Below are positions 11,889 to 25,900 of a DNA stretch of 64,000 nucleotides, one piece after another. Made by a program: the position numbers and the translations under genes. A model generated the notes under the pieces. The model ran no database searches and was not told where the DNA came from. It worked only from the letters and a program-made list of their open reading frames with translations. Location of the stretch: positions 92,690,001-92,754,000 of the forward strand of contig NC_087439.1 in NCBI RefSeq assembly GCF_036321535.1, read 5' to 3'. Source of the stretch: Camelus dromedarius (lineage: Eukaryota). Positions within the stretch are counted from its first letter, which is position 1, and each line of letters opens with the position of its first letter.

Positions 11889-13049
11889 GTCTGTATTGGT
11901 GCTTTTATTCCGTCCATGTTCCAAGTGCAACCCATTTAAAAAAGAACTTATATTCAGGTACTTATTTATCTACTGATCTTTCTAAATATTTCCACCTCTC
12001 AGTCTCTTGCTAACAGTCCTGGGTGAGCTAAATCGTTAAAGAGTCTCCAGTAGTGTGGTGAAGGCTTGTGATGGTCTTTGAGAGGAGTGACAGGAAGGGG
12101 TGAGGGTCTGTAATAGGTTTGGGAAGCAATGGTGTGATTCAACCCAGACTGCCCTTTGGTAAAGGCACCACGTCGTGGTTGTGCAGTTTTCTCCAGCTGA
12201 GCAGGAGCGGAGAACTTGAGCCGTGAACTCATCCACCGGGGTTTTTGCTTCATGGTGTTCAGTAGCAGGATTTAAGAACTAGCAAATTGCATTTGTTGAC
12301 ACGATAGTTCTTAGTGGTGTAGTGTTGGAAGGGACTGAGGTGTGGTCACAGGAGACCTAAACACCCAAAGGAGGCAGAGGTTTCAGAGAGGTCGAATAAA
12401 CTAAATGGGAGTGACACAATGGTGGAGAGAGAAGACGGGGTTCCTGTGATCGGAGCAAGAGATCACCGAGTCCAACTTTTGAGAGATGGAACCGTGCTGA
12501 CGAGGTGTCTTCTTCCCGAGAGTTGGTGTCTGGTGTGTGATGTGGGGATGTACCAGCGTTGGACTGCATGTCTTCTGCTTGGGACACTGAAGTCATTAAG
12601 GATGGTGGGCAGGGCTAGGGAGGAGATAAAACTGAGGCTATAAATGTAATGAAGGTGGGGGTAGGGATGCTGAGAAAGGAGTCTCAAAGGGAAGGGTTTG
12701 TTAGGAAGGGTCGACCGCATCACCAGACCTATCCCGCCACACCCCACCCCAGGTTTCCGTGGCGGTAACAGGGCTTTCCTGATCATTCCAGAGGCATCTT
12801 ACAAAACCCCGGATGTTTGGGTTCAATTGAAATAGGACTCTAGGGGGCTGGATTTGCTTCTTAATCTACCGAGTTAGCCATGTATTTTGCCCGTTTATGC
12901 CATAGTCATTGAATTGATCTTAACTGCTATGGCTTTAAATGTCTTCTAGGTTTTGTATTTTTACTGTCGTAGCTCTGTTTATTAATGTATATATTATTTT
13001 CAAGAACACCGACTTCATTTTCCTTTTTTGCTCACAACACAGATAATCA

Positions 13050-13215
13050 ATTTTTTTGTGTGTTTATTTTTTGGTCTGTGTTTCTGTTTAGTTTGTGTTG
13101 GTGGGGGGAGGTAATTAGGTTTATTCATTTAATTTTTTAATATCGAGGCACTGAGGACTGTACCCAGCCCCTTGCGCACGCTAAGCGTACGATCTACCGC
13201 TTGAGCGCTGCCCTC
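13050..13215 (-). mobile_element. Camelid-type tRNA SINE present in every array unit (others end at 18732, 24249, 29766, 35288, 40809)
   Basis: Reverse complement gagggcagcgctcaagcggtag...gctgggtacagtcctcagtgcc...aaacctaattacctcccccc aligns with the SINE at 6814. Confidence 0.8.
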
Positions 13216-16200
13216 TTCCTGCAAAGGATCTGACCTACTTGGTTTTCTTCTTCCTTGAAGTGGTGCATTTGTCCCGTTACACAATCTGTATGTATCCGTT
13301 AGATTTGTAAAAAGTGAAAAGTCGGAAGGCATTTAAAAATTATTGCCGCTGTTTTCCTTCTAGTTTTCCAATGGGAATATATTGTATGGAGTTTGACTGC
13401 ATTGGTTCAAGTCTTCACTCCCATTTTTCTAGCTGCATGACCTTGGGTGGGTGACCTAAGCATTCTGGCCTTAGTATTGCCACACTGAGCACACAATAAA
13501 TATGATCCATTTTCGTGATTTAGAAGATGCCGAGCAGGACAAGGTATGTCATCTGGAGGCATTTAGATAGGTTTGTGCCAATTATTTGTTACACGACAGA
13601 TCATTTACATTGAAATCCTCAAGTATCATAACAGGGTATGCACACCGTTGTCATGTTTGTTCCACTAAATGGTCTTTTACTTTGAGATTTTATCACTTTT
13701 ATTTATTTGGCTTGGTTTACCCGTAGATATCACTCCTTTAAATGTTTATGGAAATTGATCTCAAACTATGAAAGATTGAAGTCTAAATCTTTTATATGTG
13801 TGTTCCTTTTCCTTCTTAAGATTTAGGATGGGTTGCATTATCTTATTGGTGTTCTCAAAAAAAAAAAAACTCTAGGATTTGTTTATTCTGTTTACTATTG
13901 CTGTTTTCTCTTCCACTGATTGCAGCTTATTTTTAAATGAATGATATCATCCTTGTTGCCTTTGGTTCATTTTATAGTTGCTTTTCTCATTTCCTTAGGT
14001 AAACCTTAATTCCTTATAAAAATAATGAAGAACTGAAAGTCATAAATAAAACATGTTCTAGATCTCTAGGTTTTGGTACAAATTGCTATCATTTTCTCTT
14101 TGTTCACATTAATTTCTGTTTTTGATTTCTTCTTTGAATCAATGGCTATTGATTTTTTTTAAAAAAACAAGTCTGTTTTATAATTCCTATCTAGTTAAGA
14201 TATACTGTGGCTATGTTCTTTTTCTTCTAATTATTTTGGACTATAATTAGGGAATGGTTTCTTGTGAAGTCACCGATTAAAAAAATTTCTTACTAGATTT
14301 TATTCTGGTCTAGCATAGAATCATCCAATAGAATTATAGTGCAAGCCATGTATGTAACTGAGAGCTTTTTTAAGGCATGTTGAAAAAAAAAACCCAAGGT
14401 AGTAAATTATTTTTTAATCTATATTTTATTCAATCAAATACATCAAAAACATTATTCTTTAAACATACACGGAATACAAAATTTTTTTCAGGAGCTTGTT
14501 GCCATCCCCCCCTCGATTTCTTGAGATACAGTTGACATGCAGCACTGTCCAAGTTCAAGGTGCACAGCAGAAGGACATGACTTCCCTATCCCGTGATGCG
14601 ATTACCGCGGTAAACTGAGTGAACATCCATCAGCTCGTACACTTACAAAGTTAACGTGAAATGTCGCCCCAGAGAGTCTCCCCCAGGGTCCACTGCAGTC
14701 AGAGCAGGACACGTCCCGGGACTGCTGAGTCCTCAGCAGGTGCAAGGGGATCCAGCTTGGTTAACTAGCAGCTCTGCCACCAGACACGGTGCCACTAGAG
14801 GCGGGGGTGGCTGGGGACCCGAACAGCAGCTCCTGTTACTGAGGACAGTCATGCAGCTGCAGCGGCAACAGCACACTTGGAGTTCCGCCTTCCCCGCGCC
14901 CTGCTCTGCTCACTCTCATGCCTTTGCACACGGAACGTGGGACACGAGCAGCCTCGATCCCACATGCACACGGGATTCTGCGTGGCTGTCAGTAGCAGTG
15001 AACGGGGAGCAGAAATGACAGCTGTAAGCGGGGAGCAGAGGTCAGAAAATGACCTTGGGGCAAAGGTGCAGTTGTGAGGCTGGGACGGAAATAAGATTCC
15101 GTAAAAGAGAGCACAGATGTGGCTGTTGGAGGGGAAGTAAGAACACTGGGACCCTGGACTCACAGCCTACAAGGATGGATAAGCCAGGTGCTCCCTGCCC
15201 AGTGGCAGCTCATGTGACCCAGGAAGCATCGTGTTGGGCACGTGTTTGCTCGGTGCTGGATTCCGTTATCAGTGAAGTTCCCTAGTGGGGGTCACTTACT
15301 CCCAAAGGGAACCCTCAGCCTCTCCAGCACGTGGCCTGGTACTTGTTGTGGCTATGGGGAGCGCCAGGATGCAGAAGAGCTTGCTCAGGGCGAGGGAAGC
15401 CTGGGCAGCCCAAGGAGCCCTCTGGCCGCATCCCCAGGGCAGAAAGGACAAGGAGATGTCCAGATGTACTGAGCACGCGTGGCGTCACTCCCTGGGGCGG
15501 GGCTGGACTCGTGGGCATGTGAATCAAGAGTTGCGCAGGGGACCCCACATTATGTACGCCTCCTGTGCTGGAGGAATCTGTCCTCACCAGGACTTAGGGC
15601 TGCAAGTGACCTTGGAGAAAAATTTGCACATAAACTATGAGATGCAATAAAGGTCCAGATTAATGGACACCCCAGGCCCTAAACAGAGTAGCAGAAGACT
15701 TGAGCCTCCAACAGTCAGGAGAAGAATTCAGGGAGCCTGATCTGAGACCAGGGAACGGCTCCCTTCGGTCCCATGGCGAGCAGCCCTGGGGGACAGTGAT
15801 CTGACCTCCCATGTCATTGCTAAGGGGGGTCTTACCCATTGATGCTTGAGATGATGGCAACTCTTATTCCATGAGGCAGATATAGAATGTCAACCAACAC
15901 TTCTGTTGTCTTCATCAAGGATCCCTAAAGATAGTTCCTTATCTGACAGCAGCTTCAAGTAGACTCCTCTGTGCACGCTAGGAAAGGCGTCCTGGGGTGG
16001 GACAGGAATGAGACAGACAGCCAGTGTTGTCTCCATTGAGAGAAAGCTGTCTTAGTAATACTATCTGATTTCCTGGATGTGCTCCATGTTCCCCATGATG
16101 GCGGGAAAGAGTTTTAAGAGCTTCCAGTAGGGTCACCTGCAGCAGAGAGGTTCTGGATGGGGACGAAGGCTGAGGTGTCTCCTCATACCTCAGTGTCACC

Positions 16201-16419
16201 TTCACAGAGCATGGTTCACAGAGAAACAGGAGAGGATCCAAGGAAACGGGCGTCCACAGCCTCGCTTTGGAACTGGATGAAAAATAAGAGAGTGAACTGG
16301 AATGGCCCCAGAGGGAGCAGCAGAGTCAGATGAGTTGTTTTGGAGATAAGAGAGATTGGTCTTTAGCTGGGAGAAGGTAGAAATGTTGAAAGACAGGGAT
16401 AGATTTATTCTGTAATGAT

Positions 16420-16559
16420 TAATGTAAGGAGGGGACTTGCCTCCAATTACATGCCATTTTGCTTGCGTGGCTGGGAGATAAGATAAAGACAGTGGAAACC
16501 ACTGTAGGAGGCACAGCCTGCCCCGCAGTCAGTTGCTTCTGGCTCGGGCCACCGCGGCC
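16420..16559 (+). promoter_or_regulatory. Proximal promoter of type-B cassettes (same at +5517 and +11034): HNF1-like site, XRE, tandem GATA motifs
   Basis: tgtaatgattaat (HNF1-like), TTGCGTG at 16463-16469 (AhR XRE consensus TNGCGTG), agataagataa; function inferred from motif match only. Confidence 0.55.
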
Positions 16560-17405
16560 ATGGGACCCCAGGTGCTGGCTGGACTGCTGCTGTGCCTGTG
16601 CGCCGGGCCCTGGGCCGAGGGCGGGAAGGTGCTGGTGGTCCCCATGGAGGGCAGCCACTGGCTCAGCATGCGGGAGGCCGTGCGGGAGCTCCACGCCAGG
16701 GGCCACCACGCAGTCGTCCTTTCTCCAGAGGTGAACATGCACATCAAGCCAGAGGACTTTTTCACCACGGAAACCTATGCTACTACGTACACGCAGGACA
16801 CACTTGATTACCTCATGATAGCCCATATTCATTTGGTTTTTGAGAGAGTAAATTTTCTAAAGACGTTTTGGAATACAATGCTAGTTTTCAAAAATGTGTC
16901 TGTGATCTTTCAAAGGTCTTGCGAGGCGCTGCTGTCTCACAAGGATCTGATCAGGCGCCTGAATGCCAGTTCCTTTGATGTGGTGTTAACTGACCCTGTT
17001 TACCCCTGCGGGGCAGTGCTGGCCAAGTACCTGTCCCTTCCTGTGGTGTTCTTTCTGCGTTTCATTCCATGTGACTTCGATGTTGAGGGCACAGCGTGCC
17101 CAAACCCTTTCTCGTACGTTCCTAGGCTGTTAACAAGGAATTCAGACCACATGACATTCCTTCAAAGGGTCAAGAACATGCTGTACCCTCTGGCCCTGAA
17201 GTACATTTGCCACGCATCTTACACTCCTTACGAACGGATGGCGTCCGAGCTTCTTCAGAGAGAGGTGTCGCTGGTGGAAGTTTTTAGCTCTGCGTCCGTG
17301 TGGCTGTTCAGAGGAGACTTTGTGATGGATTACCCCCGGCCAGTCATGCCCAACATGGTCTTCATTGGGGGTATAAACTGTGCCAACAGGAAACCACTAT
17401 CTCAG
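16560..17405 (+). CDS. UGT1A3/4/5-like variable exon 1, cassette 2, coding type B
   Basis: Intact 846-bp ORF ending KPLSQ with donor cag|gtctgt; 23 aa differences from type A. Confidence 0.93.
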
Positions 17406-20400
17406 GTCTGTATTGGTGCTTTTATTCCGTCCATGTTCCAAGTGCAACCCATTTAAAAAAGAACTTATATTCAGGTACTTATTTATCTACTGATCTTTCT
17501 AAATATTTCCACCTCTCAGTCTCTTGCTAACAGTCCTGGGTGAGCTAAATCGTTAAAGAGTCTCCAGTAGTGTGGTGAAGGCTTGTGATGGTCTTTGAGA
17601 GGAGTGACAGGAAGGGGTGAGGGTCTGTAATAGGTTTGGGAAGCAATGGTGTGATTCAACCCAGACTGCCCTTTGGTAAAGGCACCACGTCGTGGTTGTG
17701 CAGTTTTCTCCAGCTGAGCAGGAGCGGAGAACTTGAGCCGTGAACTCATCCACCGGGGTTTTTGCTTCATGGTGTTCAGTAGCAGGATTTAAGAACTAGC
17801 AAATTGCATTTGTTGACACGATAGTTCTTAGTGGTGTAGTGTTGGAAGGGACTGAGGTGTGGTCACAGGAGACCTAAACACCCAAAGGAGGCAGAGGTTT
17901 CAGAGAGGTCGAATAAACTAAATGGGAGTGACACAATGGTGGAGAGAGAAGACGGGGTTCCTGTGATCGGAGCAAGAGATCACCGAGTCCAACTTTTGAG
18001 AGATGGAACCGTGCTGACGAGGTGTCTTCTTCCCGAGAGTTGGTGTCTGGTGTGTGATGTGGGGATGTACCAGCGTTGGACTGCATGTCTTCTGCTTGGG
18101 ACACTGAAGTCATTAAGGATGGTGGGCAGGGCTAGGGAGGAGATAAAACTGAGGCTATAAATGTAATGAAGGTGGGGGTAGGGATGCTGAGAAAGGAGTC
18201 TCAAAGGGAAGGGTTTGTTAGGAAGGGTCGACCGCATCACCAGACCTATCCCGCCACACCCCACCCCAGGTTTCCGTGGCGGTAACAGGGCTTTCCTGAT
18301 CATTCCAGAGGCATCTTACAAAACCCCGGATGTTTGGGTTCAATTGAAATAGGACTCTAGGGGGCTGGATTTGCTTCTTAATCTACCGAGTTAGCCATGT
18401 ATTTTGCCCGTTTATGCCATAGTCATTGAATTGATCTTAACTGCTATGGCTTTAAATGTCTTCTAGGTTTTGTATTTTTACTGTCGTAGCTCTGTTTATT
18501 AATGTATATATTATTTTCAAGAACACCGACTTCATTTTCCTTTTTTGCTCACAACACAGATAATCAATTTTTTTGTGTGTTTATTTTTTGGTCTGTGTTT
18601 CTGTTTAGTTTGTGTTGGTGGGGGGAGGTAATTAGGTTTATTCATTTAATTTTTTAATATCGAGGCACTGAGGACTGTACCCAGCCCCTTGCGCACGCTA
18701 AGCGTACGATCTACCGCTTGAGCGCTGCCCTCTTCCTGCAAAGGATCTGACCTACTTGGTTTTCTTCTTCCTTGAAGTGGTGCATTTGTCCCGTTACACA
18801 ATCTGTATGTATCCGTTAGATTTGTAAAAAGTGAAAAGTCGGAAGGCATTTAAAAATTATTGCCGCTGTTTTCCTTCTAGTTTTCCAATGGGAATATATT
18901 GTATGGAGTTTGACTGCATTGGTTCAAGTCTTCACTCCCATTTTTCTAGCTGCATGACCTTGGGTGGGTGACCTAAGCATTCTGGCCTTAGTATTGCCAC
19001 ACTGAGCACACAATAAATATGATCCATTTTCGTGATTTAGAAGATGCCGAGCAGGACAAGGTATGTCATCTGGAGGCATTTAGATAGGTTTGTGCCAATT
19101 ATTTGTTACACGACAGATCATTTACATTGAAATCCTCAAGTATCATAACAGGGTATGCACACCGTTGTCATGTTTGTTCCACTAAATGGTCTTTTACTTT
19201 GAGATTTTATCACTTTTATTTATTTGGCTTGGTTTACCCGTAGATATCACTCCTTTAAATGTTTATGGAAATTGATCTCAAACTATGAAAGATTGAAGTC
19301 TAAATCTTTTATATGTGTGTTCCTTTTCCTTCTTAAGATTTAGGATGGGTTGCATTATCTTATTGGTGTTCTCAAAAAAAAAAAAACTCTAGGATTTGTT
19401 TATTCTGTTTACTATTGCTGTTTTCTCTTCCACTGATTGCAGCTTATTTTTAAATGAATGATATCATCCTTGTTGCCTTTGGTTCATTTTATAGTTGCTT
19501 TTCTCATTTCCTTAGGTAAACCTTAATTCCTTATAAAAATAATGAAGAACTGAAAGTCATAAATAAAACATGTTCTAGATCTCTAGGTTTTGGTACAAAT
19601 TGCTATCATTTTCTCTTTGTTCACATTAATTTCTGTTTTTGATTTCTTCTTTGAATCAATGGCTATTGATTTTTTTTAAAAAAACAAGTCTGTTTTATAA
19701 TTCCTATCTAGTTAAGATATACTGTGGCTATGTTCTTTTTCTTCTAATTATTTTGGACTATAATTAGGGAATGGTTTCTTGTGAAGTCACCGATTAAAAA
19801 AATTTCTTACTAGATTTTATTCTGGTCTAGCATAGAATCATCCAATAGAATTATAGTGCAAGCCATGTATGTAACTGAGAGCTTTTTTAAGGCATGTTGA
19901 AAAAAAAAACCCAAGGTAGTAAATTATTTTTTAATCTATATTTTATTCAATCAAATACATCAAAAACATTATTCTTTAAACATACACGGAATACAAAATT
20001 TTTTTCAGGAGCTTGTTGCCATCCCCCCCTCGATTTCTTGAGATACAGTTGACATGCAGCACTGTCCAAGTTCAAGGTGCACAGCAGAAGGACATGACTT
20101 CCCTATCCCGTGATGCGATTACCGCGGTAAACTGAGTGAACATCCATCAGCTCGTACACTTACAAAGTTAACGTGAAATGTCGCCCCAGAGAGTCTCCCC
20201 CAGGGTCCACTGCAGTCAGAGCAGGACACGTCCCGGGACTGCTGAGTCCTCAGCAGGTGCAAGGGGATCCAGCTTGGTTAACTAGCAGCTCTGCCACCAG
20301 ACACGGTGCCACTAGAGGCGGGGGTGGCTGGGGACCCGAACAGCAGCTCCTGTTACTGAGGACAGTCATGCAGCTGCAGCGGCAACAGCACACTTGGAGT

Positions 20401-22076
20401 TCCGCCTTCCCCGCGCCCTGCTCTGCTCACTCTCATGCCTTTGCACACGGAACGTGGGACACGAGCAGCCTCGATCCCACATGCACACGGGATTCTGCGT
20501 GGCTGTCAGTAGCAGTGAACGGGGAGCAGAAATGACAGCTGTAAGCGGGGAGCAGAGGTCAGAAAATGACCTTGGGGCAAAGGTGCAGTTGTGAGGCTGG
20601 GACGGAAATAAGATTCCGTAAAAGAGAGCACAGATGTGGCTGTTGGAGGGGAAGTAAGAACACTGGGACCCTGGACTCACAGCCTACAAGGATGGATAAG
20701 CCAGGTGCTCCCTGCCCAGTGGCAGCTCATGTGACCCAGGAAGCATCGTGTTGGGCACGTGTTTGCTCGGTGCTGGATTCCGTTATCAGTGAAGTTCCCT
20801 AGTGGGGGTCACTTACTCCCAAAGGGAACCCTCAGCCTCTCCAGCACGTGGCCTGGTACTTGTTGTGGCTATGGGGAGCGCCAGGATGCAGAAGAGCTTG
20901 CTCAGGGCGAGGGAAGCCTGGGCAGCCCAAGGAGCCCTCTGGCCGCATCCCCAGGGCAGAAAGGACAAGGAGATGTCCAGATGTACTGAGCACGCGTGGC
21001 GTCACTCCCTGGGGCGGGGCTGGACTCGTGGGCATGTGAATCAAGAGTTGCGCAGGGGACCCCACATTATGTACGCCTCCTGTGCTGGAGGAATCTGTCC
21101 TCACCAGGACTTAGGGCTGCAAGTGACCTTGGAGAAAAATTTGCACATAAACTATGAGATGCAATAAAGGTCCAGATTAATGGACACCCCAGGCCCTAAA
21201 CAGAGTAGCAGAAGACTTGAGCCTCCAACAGTCAGGAGAAGAATTCAGGGAGCCTGATCTGAGACCAGGGAACGGCTCCCTTCGGTCCCATGGCGAGCAG
21301 CCCTGGGGGACAGTGATCTGACCTCCCATGTCATTGCTAAGGGGGGTCTTACCCATTGATGCTTGAGATGATGGCAACTCTTATTCCATGAGGCAGATAT
21401 AGAATGTCAACCAACACTTCTGTTGTCTTCATCAAGGATCCCTAAAGATAGTTCCTTATCTGACAGCAGCTTCAAGTAGACTCCTCTGTGCACGCTAGGA
21501 AAGGCGTCCTGGGGTGGGACAGGAATGAGACAGACAGCCAGTGTTGTCTCCATTGAGAGAAAGCTGTCTTAGTAATACTATCTGATTTCCTGGATGTGCT
21601 CCATGTTCCCCATGATGGCGGGAAAGAGTTTTAAGAGCTTCCAGTAGGGTCACCTGCAGCAGAGAGGTTCTGGATGGGGACGAAGGCTGAGGTGTCTCCT
21701 CATACCTCAGTGTCACCTTCACAGAGCATGGTTCACAGAGAAACAGGAGAGGATCCAAGGAAACGGGCGTCCACAGCCTCGCTTTGGAACTGGATGAAAA
21801 ATAAGAGAGTGAACTGGAATGGCCCCAGAGGGAGCAGCAGAGTCAGATGAGTTGTTTTGGAGATAAGAGAGATTGGTCTTTAGCTGGGAGAAGGTAGAAA
21901 TGTTGAAAGACAGGGATAGATTTATTCTGTAATGATTAATGTAAGGAGGGGACTTGCCTCCAATTACATGCCATTTTGCTTGCGTGGCTGGGAGATAAGA
22001 TAAAGACAGTGGAAACCACTGTAGGAGGCACAGCCTGCCCCGCAGTCAGTTGCTTCTGGCTCGGGCCACCGCGGCC

Positions 22077-22922
22077 ATGGGACCCCAGGTGCTGGCTGGA
22101 CTGCTGCTGTGCCTGTGCGCCGGGCCCTGGGCCGAGGGCGGGAAGGTGCTGGTGGTCCCCATGGAGGGCAGCCACTGGCTCAGCATGCGGGAGGCCGTGC
22201 GGGAGCTCCACGCCAGGGGCCACCACGCAGTCGTCCTTTCTCCAGAGGTGAACATGCACATCAAGCCAGAGGACTTTTTCACCACGGAAACCTATGCTAC
22301 TACGTACACGCAGGACACACTTGATTACCTCATGATAGCCCATATTCATTTGGTTTTTGAGAGAGTAAATTTTCTAAAGACGTTTTGGAATACAATGCTA
22401 GTTTTCAAAAATGTGTCTGTGATCTTTCAAAGGTCTTGCGAGGCGCTGCTGTCTCACAAGGATCTGATCAGGCGCCTGAATGCCAGTTCCTTTGATGTGG
22501 TGTTAACTGACCCTGTTTACCCCTGCGGGGCAGTGCTGGCCAAGTACCTGTCCCTTCCTGTGGTGTTCTTTCTGCGTTTCATTCCATGTGACTTCGATGT
22601 TGAGGGCACAGCGTGCCCAAACCCTTTCTCGTACGTTCCTAGGCTGTTAACAAGGAATTCAGACCACATGACATTCCTTCAAAGGGTCAAGAACATGCTG
22701 TACCCTCTGGCCCTGAAGTACATTTGCCACGCATCTTACACTCCTTACGAACGGATGGCGTCCGAGCTTCTTCAGAGAGAGGTGTCGCTGGTGGAAGTTT
22801 TTAGCTCTGCGTCCGTGTGGCTGTTCAGAGGAGACTTTGTGATGGATTACCCCCGGCCAGTCATGCCCAACATGGTCTTCATTGGGGGTATAAACTGTGC
22901 CAACAGGAAACCACTATCTCAG
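22077..22922 (+). CDS. UGT1A3/4/5-like variable exon 1, cassette 3, coding type B
   Basis: Same translation as cassette 2; intact donor. Confidence 0.9.
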
Positions 22923-25900
22923 GTCTGTATTGGTGCTTTTATTCCGTCCATGTTCCAAGTGCAACCCATTTAAAAAAGAACTTATATTCAGGTACTTATT
23001 TATCTACTGATCTTTCTAAATATTTCCACCTCTCAGTCTCTTGCTAACAGTCCTGGGTGAGCTAAATCGTTAAAGAGTCTCCAGTAGTGTGGTGAAGGCT
23101 TGTGATGGTCTTTGAGAGGAGTGACAGGAAGGGGTGAGGGTCTGTAATAGGTTTGGGAAGCAATGGTGTGATTCAACCCAGACTGCCCTTTGGTAAAGGC
23201 ACCACGTCGTGGTTGTGCAGTTTTCTCCAGCTGAGCAGGAGCGGAGAACTTGAGCCGTGAACTCATCCACCGGGGTTTTTGCTTCATGGTGTTCAGTAGC
23301 AGGATTTAAGAACTAGCAAATTGCATTTGTTGACACGATAGTTCTTAGTGGTGTAGTGTTGGAAGGGACTGAGGTGTGGTCACAGGAGACCTAAACACCC
23401 AAAGGAGGCAGAGGTTTCAGAGAGGTCGAATAAACTAAATGGGAGTGACACAATGGTGGAGAGAGAAGACGGGGTTCCTGTGATCGGAGCAAGAGATCAC
23501 CGAGTCCAACTTTTGAGAGATGGAACCGTGCTGACGAGGTGTCTTCTTCCCGAGAGTTGGTGTCTGGTGTGTGATGTGGGGATGTACCAGCGTTGGACTG
23601 CATGTCTTCTGCTTGGGACACTGAAGTCATTAAGGATGGTGGGCAGGGCTAGGGAGGAGATAAAACTGAGGCTATAAATGTAATGAAGGTGGGGGTAGGG
23701 ATGCTGAGAAAGGAGTCTCAAAGGGAAGGGTTTGTTAGGAAGGGTCGACCGCATCACCAGACCTATCCCGCCACACCCCACCCCAGGTTTCCGTGGCGGT
23801 AACAGGGCTTTCCTGATCATTCCAGAGGCATCTTACAAAACCCCGGATGTTTGGGTTCAATTGAAATAGGACTCTAGGGGGCTGGATTTGCTTCTTAATC
23901 TACCGAGTTAGCCATGTATTTTGCCCGTTTATGCCATAGTCATTGAATTGATCTTAACTGCTATGGCTTTAAATGTCTTCTAGGTTTTGTATTTTTACTG
24001 TCGTAGCTCTGTTTATTAATGTATATATTATTTTCAAGAACACCGACTTCATTTTCCTTTTTTGCTCACAACACAGATAATCAATTTTTTTGTGTGTTTA
24101 TTTTTTGGTCTGTGTTTCTGTTTAGTTTGTGTTGGTGGGGGGAGGTAATTAGGTTTATTCATTTAATTTTTTAATATCGAGGCACTGAGGACTGTACCCA
24201 GCCCCTTGCGCACGCTAAGCGTACGATCTACCGCTTGAGCGCTGCCCTCTTCCTGCAAAGGATCTGACCTACTTGGTTTTCTTCTTCCTTGAAGTGGTGC
24301 ATTTGTCCCGTTACACAATCTGTATGTATCCGTTAGATTTGTAAAAAGTGAAAAGTCGGAAGGCATTTAAAAATTATTGCCGCTGTTTTCCTTCTAGTTT
24401 TCCAATGGGAATATATTGTATGGAGTTTGACTGCATTGGTTCAAGTCTTCACTCCCATTTTTCTAGCTGCATGACCTTGGGTGGGTGACCTAAGCATTCT
24501 GGCCTTAGTATTGCCACACTGAGCACACAATAAATATGATCCATTTTCGTGATTTAGAAGATGCCGAGCAGGACAAGGTATGTCATCTGGAGGCATTTAG
24601 ATAGGTTTGTGCCAATTATTTGTTACACGACAGATCATTTACATTGAAATCCTCAAGTATCATAACAGGGTATGCACACCGTTGTCATGTTTGTTCCACT
24701 AAATGGTCTTTTACTTTGAGATTTTATCACTTTTATTTATTTGGCTTGGTTTACCCGTAGATATCACTCCTTTAAATGTTTATGGAAATTGATCTCAAAC
24801 TATGAAAGATTGAAGTCTAAATCTTTTATATGTGTGTTCCTTTTCCTTCTTAAGATTTAGGATGGGTTGCATTATCTTATTGGTGTTCTCAAAAAAAAAA
24901 AAACTCTAGGATTTGTTTATTCTGTTTACTATTGCTGTTTTCTCTTCCACTGATTGCAGCTTATTTTTAAATGAATGATATCATCCTTGTTGCCTTTGGT
25001 TCATTTTATAGTTGCTTTTCTCATTTCCTTAGGTAAACCTTAATTCCTTATAAAAATAATGAAGAACTGAAAGTCATAAATAAAACATGTTCTAGATCTC
25101 TAGGTTTTGGTACAAATTGCTATCATTTTCTCTTTGTTCACATTAATTTCTGTTTTTGATTTCTTCTTTGAATCAATGGCTATTGATTTTTTTTAAAAAA
25201 ACAAGTCTGTTTTATAATTCCTATCTAGTTAAGATATACTGTGGCTATGTTCTTTTTCTTCTAATTATTTTGGACTATAATTAGGGAATGGTTTCTTGTG
25301 AAGTCACCGATTAAAAAAATTTCTTACTAGATTTTATTCTGGTCTAGCATAGAATCATCCAATAGAATTATAGTGCAAGCCATGTATGTAACTGAGAGCT
25401 TTTTTAAGGCATGTTGAAAAAAAAAACCCAAGGTAGTAAATTATTTTTTAATCTATATTTTATTCAATCAAATACATCAAAAACATTATTCTTTAAACAT
25501 ACACGGAATACAAAATTTTTTTCAGGAGCTTGTTGCCATCCCCCCCTCGATTTCTTGAGATACAGTTGACATGCAGCACTGTCCAAGTTCAAGGTGCACA
25601 GCAGAAGGACATGACTTCCCTATCCCGTGATGCGATTACCGCGGTAAACTGAGTGAACATCCATCAGCTCGTACACTTACAAAGTTAACGTGAAATGTCG
25701 CCCCAGAGAGTCTCCCCCAGGGTCCACTGCAGTCAGAGCAGGACACGTCCCGGGACTGCTGAGTCCTCAGCAGGTGCAAGGGGATCCAGCTTGGTTAACT
25801 AGCAGCTCTGCCACCAGACACGGTGCCACTAGAGGCGGGGGTGGCTGGGGACCCGAACAGCAGCTCCTGTTACTGAGGACAGTCATGCAGCTGCAGCGGC

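Noticed and set aside
11889-11939. C-terminal tail [16 protein letters not shown] making a 307-aa stand-alone protein (also VCIRVGTLYARILAGAVAR for UGT1A1)
   Set aside because: Read-through of intron after the conserved PLSQ|GT donor; UGT1A exons 1 splice to shared exons 2-5.
11999-16241. Many 60-150 aa ORFs recurring identically in each unit
   Set aside because: They recur only because the DNA is duplicated; no recognisable domains, overlapping frames, non-ATG starts.
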